The position numbers and the translations under genes were made by a program. DNA of 64,000 bases from a virus (Duplodnaviria; Caudoviricetes): positions 32,001-96,000 of IMG/VR virus record IMGVR_UViG_3300028888_000064; one strand, written 5' to 3'. A model generated the notes under the pieces. That model was given only the letters and a program-made list of their open reading frames with translations, made no database searches and had not been told where the DNA came from. How positions within the stretch are numbered: position 1 is the stretch's first letter; the number at the start of each line of letters is the position of its first letter. Positions 1 through 9,243 of the stretch are shown in pieces.

Positions 1-1480
1 AAAGGTTTGTTTTGTTTCAGCTACTCCTTTCATGGAAAAATATCTAGATATGCTGGATGAATTCAAAGATCTTCCTTATTACAGATTAGATTGGCAGTCA
101 GAACAACCTGATAGAGTAGTTCATCCTAAGATTAATATCGGATACTTAGGTTATAGCGGTTCTATTCAACCTGAAATAAAAAAAGTAATTCATAGGTATA
201 GATCTGGTAAAGGGCCTGTTTACAGAGAAATTGATCCTGTAACAGGAGAAATAAAAGAAATAAAATCCAGAGAAGTGGTTATTTACGTTAATTCTGTGAA
301 AGATATATGTAAAGCCATTAAGCAAAATAAATTGACCTTAGATGAATGTAATGTACTTGTAGCTAAGACAGACAGAAATGACAAAGACCTACGAAAAGTA
401 TTTAAAATAAGAAAGAGAAAGAATATTGATTTTTGTTGTATAGGTAAAGTTCCTGGTAAAAATGATCCCAGAAAAATGTTTACATTCTGTACTAGAACTG
501 TATACCTTGGCGCAGATTTTTACTCGGATAATGCTCAGACATTTGTATTTAGTAACGCTAACATAGATTCCCTTAGTGTAGATATTTCTATGGATTTACC
601 ACAAATCTTAGGTAGACAGAGATTGGATGAAAATCCTTGGAAAAGAGAGGCTACTGTATTTATCACCCTAAAATTAGGTAGATTAACTAAAGAGATCTTC
701 GAAAAAACGTTAGAAGAAAAGTTAAATAAAACGAAATATTATTTAAAACTGTATGACATGTCTTCTCAAGAATTAGGGGAAGAGGAAAAATTTATAGATC
801 TCATTGATATAAATATAAAAGCCTTACGTTACTCAAAAGATTATGCATCAATCGATTCTCACTCAGGAAAATCTCCTAAATTGGCATTTAATAACATAGT
901 ATTAGTCTCTGACATGAGAGCTTTTGAAGTTCAGCAGATAGATTATGCTAACAGATTTACCGTGTTTTCTGAACTAGAACAACAAAACTTTTCAGTAACG
1001 ATGAATAACGATAAAGTCAGAAATTTATTATCTGATTATCAAAAATTAACTGTATTTGAAGATAGGATGAAGTTTCTCTATGAAGTACTGGAGAAAAATC
1101 AGGATGATGAAGAATTATCAAAATCCCTCATAGAATCTTTTCCAACCGAACTTCAAGGTTATTTCAATGTTCTTAGTATGAAAGAAATTAGGTCAACATC
1201 GTTCAGAAAAGCTAGGTTAGAGGCTATTATTAAGAACAAATTAGCTATCAAAGATGCAGAACGACTAGTGCAGAAGTTAGATGAAAACTTTGTTGTAGGT
1301 AAATTTTATACAAAGGCTGTAGCAAAAGAAATTCTTGGGAAAATATTTGATGAAATTGGATATAAGAAAAAAGCAAAGGCATCAATGCTAAGTGAGTGGT
1401 ATAATATAAAACATACGACTCAATATGTTAGTGGCTCAAGGTCATCTGTTTCAGGAATTTTAATCATTTCTAAGCTTTAA
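1..1480 (+). CDS. Superfamily-2 helicase-like protein, 5' partial (frame is open from position 2)
   Basis: Frame upstream of the ATG at 32 reads KVCFVSATPF (motif III SAT). Then VIYVNSV (IV), CTRTVYLGADF (V) and QILGRQR (VI). Walker A/B would lie upstream of the window. Confidence 0.7.
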   Translation, partial: KVCFVSATPFMEKYLDMLDEFKDLPYYRLDWQSEQPDRVVHPKINIGYLGYSGSIQPEIKKVIHRYRSGKGPVYREIDPVTGEIKEIKSREVVIYVNSVKDICKAIKQNKLTLDECNVLVAKTDRNDKDLRKVFKIRKRKNIDFCCIGKVPGKNDPRKMFTFCTRTVYLGADFYSDNAQTFVFSNANIDSLSVDISMDLPQILGRQRLDENPWKREATVFITLKLGRLTKEIFEKTLEEKLNKTKYYLKLYDMSSQELGEEEKFIDLIDINIKALRYSKDYASIDSHSGKSPKLAFNNIVLVSDMRAFEVQQIDYANRFTVFSELEQQNFSVTMNNDKVRNLLSDYQKLTVFEDRMKFLYEVLEKNQDDEELSKSLIESFPTELQGYFNVLSMKEIRSTSFRKARLEAIIKNKLAIKDAERLVQKLDENFVVGKFYTKAVAKEILGKIFDEIGYKKKAKASMLSEWYNIKHTTQYVSGSRSSVSGILIISKL

Positions 1481-1481
1481 A

Positions 1482-1512
1482 GTAACCCCCTAAGTGGGGT
1501 TACATTTTTTTT
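1482..1512 (+). terminator. Rho-independent terminator after the helicase gene
   Basis: GTAACCCC-ctaagt-GGGGTTAC stem-loop followed by A and T8. Confidence 0.85.
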
Positions 1513-1634
1513 GTCGCAAAAGCCAACATTTTTAACGGAATGGGTTATCAAAAGGACAACATAACTATACGAATGCCTTATTAATGAATAACAAGAGTTT
1601 ATTTTCGTTTGGCGACTTAAACTTTATATAGATT

Positions 1635-1736
1635 TTCAGGGGAGTGTCCAATGCAGTAATTTTTTGTGGCATTATCGTTGAGGTTGGTTACCGCAAGATT
1701 TCCCGACTATTACTGTATTGGCCTCTTTTGCCTGAA
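1635..1736 (+). other. Long intergenic stem-loop (possible structured leader or ncRNA)
   Basis: TTCAGG(1635)/CCTGAA(1731) and CCAATGCAGTAAT(1648)/ATTACTGTATTGG(1709) pair with one G-U and enclose ~48 nt. Confidence 0.45.
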
Positions 1737-1752
1737 CTAAATAAGATCAATT

Positions 1753-2163
1753 ATGATATTATTCCGAAATAATAAACCCCAATTAACAGATGTTATAAAA
1801 ATAAATTCTAAGATTAAGTTAATAAAGGGGAGTGATTTATCAGTATTTAAGAATAATCCCAAAGCAATTAGTAAACTGCCTTCTATTGGAAAAGATAAAA
1901 GTAATTATGTAAACTACAGTATTGAATCATCTGACAGTAAAATGCCTTTAGGTATTGTTCAAATATCAAACGATAACTCAGAATTTATTGTTATTTTTCC
2001 AGAGAATGTATCAAGAGAAATTACTAAGTCGCATAAATTTGCAACCATGATTCATAAGGCTATATCAGAATTTCTACAGTTTTATAAAAAATTCAGGTAT
2101 AAAACCGGAGTAATTGTATTCATAGAAGATAACTCAATAGTGGATAAGTATTTACTGCATTAA
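1753..2163 (+). CDS. Leader-variant protein, degenerate GNAT-like paralogue
   Basis: Starts MILFRNNK. KIKLIK...YVNYSI...LGIVQI aligns by eye with the GNAT at 2771 (KIKLVK...FVNYDI...IGFIQV). Confidence 0.6.
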   Translation: MILFRNNKPQLTDVIKINSKIKLIKGSDLSVFKNNPKAISKLPSIGKDKSNYVNYSIESSDSKMPLGIVQISNDNSEFIVIFPENVSREITKSHKFATMIHKAISEFLQFYKKFRYKTGVIVFIEDNSIVDKYLLH

Positions 2164-2180
2164 TTCAACAAATATTTCAT

Positions 2181-2576
2181 ATGATTATACTTAGACAGAA
2201 AGAATACTCTCTTCGGGAAAACTCTGAAGAATTAATAGAGGTAACCCCAGAATATCAATTAGTTAAAGATGATCGTAAGGGTTTTGTTGCAAATCTATTA
2301 AGAAAAATCCCATCTATAAAAAATTATCAAGATAGTTGGGTACATTACAATCTATATCGTACCGGTCAGAAGAAATCTTTAGGTTCAATATTTATTGAAG
2401 AAACAAATAAGGGTTCTGATCTAAAGAGTAGCTGGTTTGATGTCGACAAATTACTACCTAAACAAGTAATAACAGAGATTGTAAAGTCTATTACTGATTT
2501 TGGTAAGAAACACGGCTATAATAACGTAGCAGTGGAAGTATTTGATGGTACCCCTGGTGTTGCATTATATAGCTAA
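2181..2576 (+). CDS. Leader-bearing GNAT-like paralogue, C-terminally truncated
   Basis: MIILRQKEYS leader. Colinear with 2771 (LRKIPSIK/LRYIPSIK; FGKKHGY/FGKKLGY) but stops at PGVALYS, where 2771 continues IYRKLGF. Confidence 0.7.
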   Translation: MIILRQKEYSLRENSEELIEVTPEYQLVKDDRKGFVANLLRKIPSIKNYQDSWVHYNLYRTGQKKSLGSIFIEETNKGSDLKSSWFDVDKLLPKQVITEIVKSITDFGKKHGYNNVAVEVFDGTPGVALYS

Positions 2577-2607
2577 TCCTGTTTTTATTTTAAATTAAAA
2601 TAGTATC

Positions 2608-2763
2608 GTGATAATACTTAGACGCAAAACATATTCCCTCCTAAGAAATGTTAGTGATACTGTAGGATTAACAACCTCTGATCCAAAGCAAATCGAAGCA
2701 AACAGTAAGTCCAACGGTGGCATGTATTGGAAGAGGGCAAAAGCCCCAATATTTGGAGGATAG
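2608..2763 (+). CDS. Unannotated 51-aa leader-bearing ORF (GTG start)
   Basis: Translates as MIILRRKTYSLLRNVSDTVGLT..., a perfect leader. The N-terminus resembles its GNAT neighbours. Confidence 0.6.
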   Translation: MIILRRKTYSLLRNVSDTVGLTTSDPKQIEANSKSNGGMYWKRAKAPIFGG

Positions 2764-2770
2764 ATACGAG

Positions 2771-3253
2771 ATGATAATACTTAGAATAAAAAACTTCACT
2801 TTTCGTGAAGATATGGACGATGTTATACCATTGACTCCTAAAATTAAACTAGTAAAAAGTCGTATAGGAAGACTTGGTAGAATATTGCGATATATTCCTT
2901 CTATTAAGCGAGACCAGGATGCTTTTGTTAATTATGATATCTTCTATTCGGGAAGAGAAAAATCCATTGGTTTTATTCAGGTAGTAGATAATGGTAATCT
3001 CGAACTAAATGTTGTACATATGGCTGTAGATGAAGATTTTCGTGGTCAAGGTATTGCTACTAAGACAATGGAAACTATCATAGCTTTTGGAAAAAAGTTA
3101 GGGTACAAATACATTACTCTAGAGGCTGCGGATAATTCGCCTGATGGGATTCACATTTATAGAAAGTTAGGGTTCAGAGACTTAGGTCATGTAGTCTTGA
3201 AAGATGATTTCCTTTGGGGAGGTGGCTATACAAAAATGAGATTAGACATATGA
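2771..3253 (+). CDS. Leader-bearing GNAT acetyltransferase
   Basis: Probable true start MIILRIKNFT at 2771. Acetyl-CoA motif A MAVDEDFRGQGIAT and motif B IYRKLGF. Confidence 0.85.
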   Translation: MIILRIKNFTFREDMDDVIPLTPKIKLVKSRIGRLGRILRYIPSIKRDQDAFVNYDIFYSGREKSIGFIQVVDNGNLELNVVHMAVDEDFRGQGIATKTMETIIAFGKKLGYKYITLEAADNSPDGIHIYRKLGFRDLGHVVLKDDFLWGGGYTKMRLDI

Positions 3254-3381
3254 TAATAAAAAGAAAAAAGAAAACTACTGTGGATAAACATAGTCTAAGA
3301 CAAGAGCAAGTTGAGGAGAAGAAAGCTCCCGGTTTTATTTCGACCTCAGAAATAAAGACAGTTACCTCACATTGGCCATGA
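3250..3381 (+). CDS. Unannotated 43-aa ORF with leader-like start
   Basis: MIIKRKKKTT...; ATGA overlaps with both neighbouring genes suggest translational coupling. Confidence 0.5.
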   Translation: MIIKRKKKTTVDKHSLRQEQVEEKKAPGFISTSEIKTVTSHWP

Positions 3382-4439
3382 TACTACTTAGACAGAAAGA
3401 ATATACTAGGGCTGAAAGAGAAGCGTTGAAAGAATTACTATTCAAAACTGGAAAACTTCGAAGATTACCAGGAGGCTCTAAAATGACCGCCAGGGATGTT
3501 GCTAGATTCAATAAATTAGCCGCGGATGTGCAACTTTGGACTAAAGGTTATAAACCTAAAAAAGAGGACTTTAAAAGTGCTAAGGTATTCTTAGAACATG
3601 CAGGTTTAGGAAAGTCCGCTGAAGAGTTAGAACACATAGCTAGTAAATACTCTAATAGAGAGGTGCTCTCTCGATGGCAAAGATTAAGACAGCGCCATAG
3701 TGAATTTGACATTCCGGGAATCAGCTCAAAACAACTAAAGAGGTTAAATAAAAGATATGATATCGATCGTAAGAACTGTCATAAAGTTCTTACAGATTTA
3801 GGTAGTTTAGAGAGAGGTGAAGGAAGTTTAATAGCAAACTTAGCAGAAGATGCTAAGAAAAAAAATATTCCTATTATTCAAAATTTAGGAGAGCCTTCAG
3901 AAAGTTTTACGGAATCATTAAATTATACGCGTAAACTTGCAGGAAGAGATAATGTGGAAGGAATCTTAAAAAGTATTAAGTATGATACTCCTGAATTTTC
4001 AACAAAACAAGCAAAGAGACTTGAATCTGCAGTAAAAAATAAAAACGTTGATAATATTGTAGTTATTGGTAAATCAACGGGCCCTGGAATTCTTGCTCAT
4101 GAATTAGGACATTGTAAGACATTAGATACAAGTTCTTCCGGTAGGTATCTAGATTTGGCAGGAAAAGCCGAAGATAGGGTATTACGTGTATTATCTAGAA
4201 AAAATGATACCCCCCATCTATTTTATCTACATAATAGGGCAAGGCAGATTGGGGATTCACTAGGTGAAATAGCTAATGAGAGTAGTGCCACTTCTTATGG
4301 TTTAGCCAGATTAAAGAAACATGGTTCTACTTCAAAACAATTAAAGAAAATGAAGGATGAATTAGGTCTTAATGGGGCTTTAGGAACATACGTAAATAAG
4401 AATAGAAAAAAAATTGCTGAAAGCTATTTAAACGAGTGA
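3378..4439 (+). CDS. Leader-bearing zinc metallopeptidase-like protein
   Basis: MILLRQKEYT leader; ILAHELGHC (HExxH) plus downstream ANESSAT third-ligand Glu; homologous to 40520. Confidence 0.75.
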   Translation: MILLRQKEYTRAEREALKELLFKTGKLRRLPGGSKMTARDVARFNKLAADVQLWTKGYKPKKEDFKSAKVFLEHAGLGKSAEELEHIASKYSNREVLSRWQRLRQRHSEFDIPGISSKQLKRLNKRYDIDRKNCHKVLTDLGSLERGEGSLIANLAEDAKKKNIPIIQNLGEPSESFTESLNYTRKLAGRDNVEGILKSIKYDTPEFSTKQAKRLESAVKNKNVDNIVVIGKSTGPGILAHELGHCKTLDTSSSGRYLDLAGKAEDRVLRVLSRKNDTPHLFYLHNRARQIGDSLGEIANESSATSYGLARLKKHGSTSKQLKKMKDELGLNGALGTYVNKNRKKIAESYLNE

Positions 4440-4484
4440 AGTGATTATATTAAATAACCTAATAATCTATTAATTTTACTACAT

Positions 4485-5189
4485 ATGGACACCATAAACC
4501 CTTTTTCAGACCCAGAATTTAAGAAACAAATCCTGGAGTCATCATTAGGTAAAGACGTGTCACCTGATAATTACGAGATTATAGAGGACAATTCTGACAC
4601 TAGTAAACAAGACTTGAAGTCCATGATATCAGGGGCACCAAAGTTACCTAGGTCAGCAAAGAATATCATTCTTGATGCTAGTGCTATAGCCAAGAATGAA
4701 AAAGAACAGAAGGTAAAAGAAATGGAGTTAGCTTTAAATCAAGTACTAACTTCATATAATAAAGAGTATGGTTTATCACTAAACTTAAATTTGAGTGACT
4801 TAAGTAAGTCGCTTATTGATGTATCTGATCCAAAGAGAAGGAGAATCCTAGAGCTTTACGTATCAGAACTTTATTCTAGTGTTAGACCTCTTTTATACCT
4901 TCACCTGATACAGAAGTTATACGTGGCTATGGATTATATTCTTGATCCAGAGAGATTGCTTGGTAGTCAAGATCTAACCACGGCAGATATGTTTCTTGTA
5001 GTAGAGAAGCTTATGTCTTATATTGAGCAAATATCTCAACTTCAGGATGAAGTTACCATAAAGGGTGCCGACCTGGAGTTAAAGAAAATAGCTGATGAAA
5101 ATAAAGACATAGATTTTAATAGCTCTGAATCTAAAGAAACTATTGATAACTTTATGAAGCTCTTTAATAGAGAATCAGGTATTCAGTAG
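4485..5189 (+). CDS. Hypothetical helical protein (possible terminase small subunit)
   Basis: 234-aa ORF directly upstream of the portal. The function guess is positional only. Confidence 0.35.
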   Translation: MDTINPFSDPEFKKQILESSLGKDVSPDNYEIIEDNSDTSKQDLKSMISGAPKLPRSAKNIILDASAIAKNEKEQKVKEMELALNQVLTSYNKEYGLSLNLNLSDLSKSLIDVSDPKRRRILELYVSELYSSVRPLLYLHLIQKLYVAMDYILDPERLLGSQDLTTADMFLVVEKLMSYIEQISQLQDEVTIKGADLELKKIADENKDIDFNSSESKETIDNFMKLFNRESGIQ

Positions 5190-5212
5190 GATGTGACTGA
5201 AGCGCAATATAA

Positions 5213-5267
5213 CCCTACAAGAGAATTGAAATATGATTCTTGCTATTCGATTAGGTTGTAGGGCCTA
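5213..5267 (+). ncRNA. tRNA-like three-way-junction element, copy A
   Basis: CCCTACAA/TTGTAGGG closing stem; AGAAT-loop-ATTCT; TG linker; CTA-TTCGAT-TAG. Confidence 0.6.
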
Positions 5268-5288
5268 AATTATATAAAGTTTGAGTTT

Positions 5289-6995
5289 ATGAAAAAAAGC
5301 GAAGGATTTTTTCAAAAGATTTTTGGTTCCTATTCTATAGGTAACTCGAGAATGCCACTTAGAAGTAACATTTTCAAAGGAAACGGTTACTCTCAGATAG
5401 GTGGTACGGGAAGATGGGGGAAGAATAGTATGAATAGACAGAGTCCTTTATTAGGGAATTCTAGCCCATCCAACCTTATCTCGGGTTATTATGATAGAAT
5501 AGATGAACTAAGAGGATATCAATTGTTGGATATTGTAAAACTAGCAACTAACTTTTTCTCAGATTACATAGTAAATTTCTTAGAGGATAGTGGTTCTAAG
5601 GTAGTTACTATTTATTCGGAGGATGGTTCAACAGTTGATGAAGTAAAAACAGAAAGAATAAATGAGATCCTAACAAAAGATCTCAGAATTTTTGATTATA
5701 TTAAGGACCATGTTAAAGATATGGTCTTTTATGGGCAATATACAAGCTTGATCTGTAGATCAAAGGACGAACTAGGACACACAAAGTTTAGATTTGAAGA
5801 GCTTAGCGATCCTGTATCTGTCATTTCTAAGAAAAAGAGAAACTCGGAGGGTGGTATTGATGAAACATTCTTAGCTAGGGGTGAAGACGGTAAAGTTTAC
5901 GAAATTAGTAAGAATGATGCCTTTACCTTAGGTAATATTAATCTTCGTCTTATTAATGACATGGAAGAAGGTTATAAAACTAAGAATAAAGAAAATCCAA
6001 AACCATCTTTTGGTAAAGTGTCTGGAGAATCCGCATTGGATAAAATTAGGAAAACTTGTTCTTATTCAACAAGTGAACCCTTATTCTATTCTATGATTCT
6101 TAAAGTAAAGGAGTTGATTATTAAGGAACTCCTAGTTTCTTTAATTTCTCTTAGAGACCTTTCCAGCGTTCAGATTTTCCTACTACAGTTTGATAAGAGT
6201 ACTCCTATTGAAACTGCTAATGAACTTTGTGCTAGAACTACAAAGTTAGCGAATAATACAAATGAATTAGCTTCTTTCTTGACTAGTAACTTTGACGTTA
6301 TTAGTTTCTTAGAGAATGTGATGTCTCAGTCTGCTAAGTTTGTTCCTGATTATAACTCTACTCTCGGCAATAAAAATAGTATGCTTCCATTAGATAAATT
6401 ATCGGATAAAATTTTGGAAGTAATGCAAACAATTGATACCTGTAGAGCTAATGTACTTAGTCCACTGGGTATTCCTAGTTCTATCCTAGATTCGACTAGT
6501 GGTAGTAAATGGACTATCTTACAGCAGTCAGAAAGAGCTAATAGTAGAGTTAGTGGATATATTGGCGGAGTAAAAGAATCTGTTCTGAACTTAGTATTAA
6601 TCTTACATGATATCCTGTATGGAAAGGATCTTGATCCTAATCTCGTAAAACTTCATGTATCAGAGAAGACTAGTGTAGAATACAATAACCAGATTAATCA
6701 ATCTGAGTCTATTGGTGGTCTTTTGACAGGTATTACAGGTGTTATTACTAACTCCCTACAGACACTCGAAGGAGCTGCTCCACTTATTGATACTAAGGCT
6801 TTCTTGAACTATATTCGTAGTTTGATCAAAGATATTGACCCAGATACAGAAGCACTAATTACGGATCAAACGGTAGAGGCTTATGCAGCATTTATGCAAT
6901 CTAAGATGGTAGCCGCCGCAGAAAACCAGGGTATTGATCCAGGTTCATTTATGAGTTTCCTTCAACAGGGAAATCAACCTAATCAAATGATGTAA
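5289..6995 (+). CDS. Putative portal protein (T4 gp20-like)
   Basis: 568 aa, near the terminase. Portal-like segments KDMVFYG, QIFLLQFD and LSPLGIPSSIL (cf. gp20 L-x-[VI]-P-x-S-R-L). Confidence 0.7.
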   Translation: MKKSEGFFQKIFGSYSIGNSRMPLRSNIFKGNGYSQIGGTGRWGKNSMNRQSPLLGNSSPSNLISGYYDRIDELRGYQLLDIVKLATNFFSDYIVNFLEDSGSKVVTIYSEDGSTVDEVKTERINEILTKDLRIFDYIKDHVKDMVFYGQYTSLICRSKDELGHTKFRFEELSDPVSVISKKKRNSEGGIDETFLARGEDGKVYEISKNDAFTLGNINLRLINDMEEGYKTKNKENPKPSFGKVSGESALDKIRKTCSYSTSEPLFYSMILKVKELIIKELLVSLISLRDLSSVQIFLLQFDKSTPIETANELCARTTKLANNTNELASFLTSNFDVISFLENVMSQSAKFVPDYNSTLGNKNSMLPLDKLSDKILEVMQTIDTCRANVLSPLGIPSSILDSTSGSKWTILQQSERANSRVSGYIGGVKESVLNLVLILHDILYGKDLDPNLVKLHVSEKTSVEYNNQINQSESIGGLLTGITGVITNSLQTLEGAAPLIDTKAFLNYIRSLIKDIDPDTEALITDQTVEAYAAFMQSKMVAAAENQGIDPGSFMSFLQQGNQPNQMM

Positions 6996-6996
6996 T

Positions 6997-7368
6997 ATGA
7001 AAGACATTGATAAAGATCATTCCATTGAAGAAAAGGATGACTTGGCCAAAACTGGTATAGTGGCAGGTAGTGGTATGGTAGGCCTAGGTGGTACTGCCGC
7101 AGGACTTGCAGCTATGTCTGAGAGGATTCTTGGTAGTAAAAAGATTAGCTTAGGTGAAAAAAAAGCTCTCCTAACTCACCTTGAAGAAAGGGCAAGAGTT
7201 AATGGTCTTAAGACTGCAGACTTTCTCAAAAAAGCCAAGAAAGTAGGTGGTATTACTGCTGCTGTAGGTGCGCCTATTCTTGGTATATCTGCTTATAAAC
7301 ACTATAAGTATAAGAAGCAGATAAAAGATAAGGAAAAGACTGGATTAAATAATAATCAGCAAAATTAA
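6997..7368 (+). CDS. Glycine-rich protein with two hydrophobic segments
   Basis: GIVAGSGMVGLGGTAAGLAA and VGGITAAVGAPILGISAY; basic C-terminus similar in layout to 12114. Confidence 0.6.
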   Translation: MKDIDKDHSIEEKDDLAKTGIVAGSGMVGLGGTAAGLAAMSERILGSKKISLGEKKALLTHLEERARVNGLKTADFLKKAKKVGGITAAVGAPILGISAYKHYKYKKQIKDKEKTGLNNNQQN

Positions 7369-7387
7369 ATAATAGTCAACAAAGATC

Positions 7388-7912
7388 GTGATAGTACTAA
7401 GGCCAATAAAAATCTGTTTTCTTACTGGATTTATGGCTCAAGAATTAGGGAAGCATCAGATAGAAGACTGTTTAAAATCTTTTATTCCAGATTTACAAGT
7501 ACCTAAATTAAGAAGTGACCCTAGTTTGGGTATTAATGATCTAAAGAAGATTCAGAAAACCAAGTGGGATTTAGTTATTGGTTTTAGTATGGGAGGATTT
7601 TACGCAACTAAAGTAAAATCTAGGAAAACGTTTTTAATAAATCCGGGACTTAATATATCAGAGGGAATGATGACGAAAATTCCTGAATACAGCTCAGGTT
7701 TCAAAATAATTGAGAAGTTACCGGATTTAGCAAAAGATGTGACGGGTATGATTGCCGTTGATGATAAAATTAGACCCTATGTAGAACCAATCTTCATTGA
7801 ACGATACGGTAAGGAAAATCTTATACATTTCCCTGGAAAACATGTGCCAGAGATTCCAATAGTCGAGCGGTTTATTATACCAGAAATTAAAAAAACTATA
7901 GCTACTTTATAG
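7388..7912 (+). CDS. Alpha/beta hydrolase (YqiA/YcfP esterase-like) with leader-like start
   Basis: FLTGF oxyanion segment, LVIGFSMGG nucleophile elbow, LINPG, and C-terminal D...GKH; starts MIVLRP (GTG). Confidence 0.75.
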   Translation: MIVLRPIKICFLTGFMAQELGKHQIEDCLKSFIPDLQVPKLRSDPSLGINDLKKIQKTKWDLVIGFSMGGFYATKVKSRKTFLINPGLNISEGMMTKIPEYSSGFKIIEKLPDLAKDVTGMIAVDDKIRPYVEPIFIERYGKENLIHFPGKHVPEIPIVERFIIPEIKKTIATL

Positions 7913-7934
7913 GCTATATTAATATATAATAGGA

Positions 7935-8339
7935 ATGATAATTCTCAGGAATAAATCATTCGCTGTTCCTCAGATGGGGGAGATGATTGATGCTGAGAAG
8001 AGTGGTAAATACCTTAATCCTCAGCCTCAACCAACTCAAGCACAACCTCAGCAAGCTCCACAAGAGATAACTTCAAAAGACCTTCAAATCGAGCAAATGA
8101 GGTTACAGAGACAACAGCGATTATTACAACATCAGAAAGCTAAGCTACAGGTGCAAGAAGGATTGGCAAGAACAAGAGCTATTACACAAAGGCAAAGAAT
8201 GGAAAACGAAAAAAGACAGCAAGATTTAAAAAATATAATGGATATACATAAAAGAATATACGACGATAACGAAGTACATAACCCTACATTATATAAATCA
8301 AAATCAACTATTACTGCGCCTGTAGCTATGCCTAAATAA
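7935..8339 (+). CDS. Leader-bearing Gln-rich coiled-coil protein
   Basis: MIILRNKSFA leader; Q/R-rich heptads. Confidence 0.7.
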   Translation: MIILRNKSFAVPQMGEMIDAEKSGKYLNPQPQPTQAQPQQAPQEITSKDLQIEQMRLQRQQRLLQHQKAKLQVQEGLARTRAITQRQRMENEKRQQDLKNIMDIHKRIYDDNEVHNPTLYKSKSTITAPVAMPK

Positions 8340-8349
8340 TATCATAATT

Positions 8350-8451
8350 ATGGAAGAGAAAGAGAAACTTTTCACTGTTGGGGTAGAGAATATTCGAGCA
8401 GAAGAAAAGAAAGAAGAAGCTAACTATAATCCTCTAAAAGAAAAGGAATAA
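8350..8451 (+). CDS. Unannotated 33-aa acidic ORF
   Basis: MEEKEKLFTVGVENIRAEEKKEE...; fills the gap, and its stop overlaps the next ATG. Confidence 0.45.
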   Translation: MEEKEKLFTVGVENIRAEEKKEEANYNPLKEKE

Positions 8452-8720
8452 TGATTATAGCCCGGAAAAAACATAACAGTAACCCGGGGCAACACGAAGA
8501 CTCTGTGCTGCGAAATATAAATTTGGATCGGGTTGAAAAATTAGGAGATGACTTAGTATATAAATTAGCAGATGTTGCCGATACTGGTCTGAACTATGCT
8601 GCTGATTCAAACCCGGTCGTTGAAAAAGCAACATCGAAGCTTAGAAAGAGAGTTAGTGGATTTACGATACCAATAAAGAAGCTAATATCTCTAAAAAGAA
8701 AGAAGAATAAAGACGAATGA
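8451..8720 (+). CDS. Small basic protein with leader-like start
   Basis: MIIARKKH... Confidence 0.6.
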   Translation: MIIARKKHNSNPGQHEDSVLRNINLDRVEKLGDDLVYKLADVADTGLNYAADSNPVVEKATSKLRKRVSGFTIPIKKLISLKRKKNKDE

Positions 8721-9088
8721 TTATACTCAGAACAAAGGAGTTTTCCATTAGTGCTGCAGAATCCAAGTACTGGAAAGCACTTTGGGAAGAATACAATAAA
8801 AAGTTTAAAACTTCGAAACTAAAATTTGAGTTTAAAGATAGGCCAAATGGACTTATTAAACTCTCCTTTCAAGGAATTACTTGGGTTTATATTGAGTTTG
8901 ATAAGGTGAGAGCTACAGATTATAATGGAGAAAATGTTTCTGACTCTAAGTATTATGTCTGGCATGAACTCTCAAATAGTCTCGAAGAAGACATGCCTCT
9001 TGTTCAGAGAAATCCAATTACTTATGATAGCATAAAGTGGTTAATTGGAGAACTTAGGCGAGAGCTATTAACTAAAAAACCACATTGA
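8717..9088 (+). CDS. Leader-bearing hypothetical protein
   Basis: MIILRTKEFS leader. Confidence 0.7.
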   Translation: MIILRTKEFSISAAESKYWKALWEEYNKKFKTSKLKFEFKDRPNGLIKLSFQGITWVYIEFDKVRATDYNGENVSDSKYYVWHELSNSLEEDMPLVQRNPITYDSIKWLIGELRRELLTKKPH

Positions 9089-9110
9089 TAACTTTTTAAA
9101 TAATAATAAT

Positions 9111-9194
9111 ATGTTTGATGTACTAATTGGTTCAATTGTCGCCGTAGCAGTAGTATTATCTAACTACGACGTCTTTTTTGGGGGAAGGATTTAA
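9111..9194 (+). CDS. Unannotated 27-aa single-TM-like peptide
   Basis: MFDVLIGSIVAVAVVLSNYDVFFGGRI, preceded by an A/T-rich TAATAATAAT start context. Confidence 0.4.
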   Translation: MFDVLIGSIVAVAVVLSNYDVFFGGRI

Positions 9195-9243
9195 TCCTTA
9201 CCTCCCATACCTTAAGGTATATCAAATAGATTTTTGCTACATT

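Noticed and set aside
4485-5189. Firm terminase small subunit call
   Set aside because: No recognisable motif; only size and position support it.
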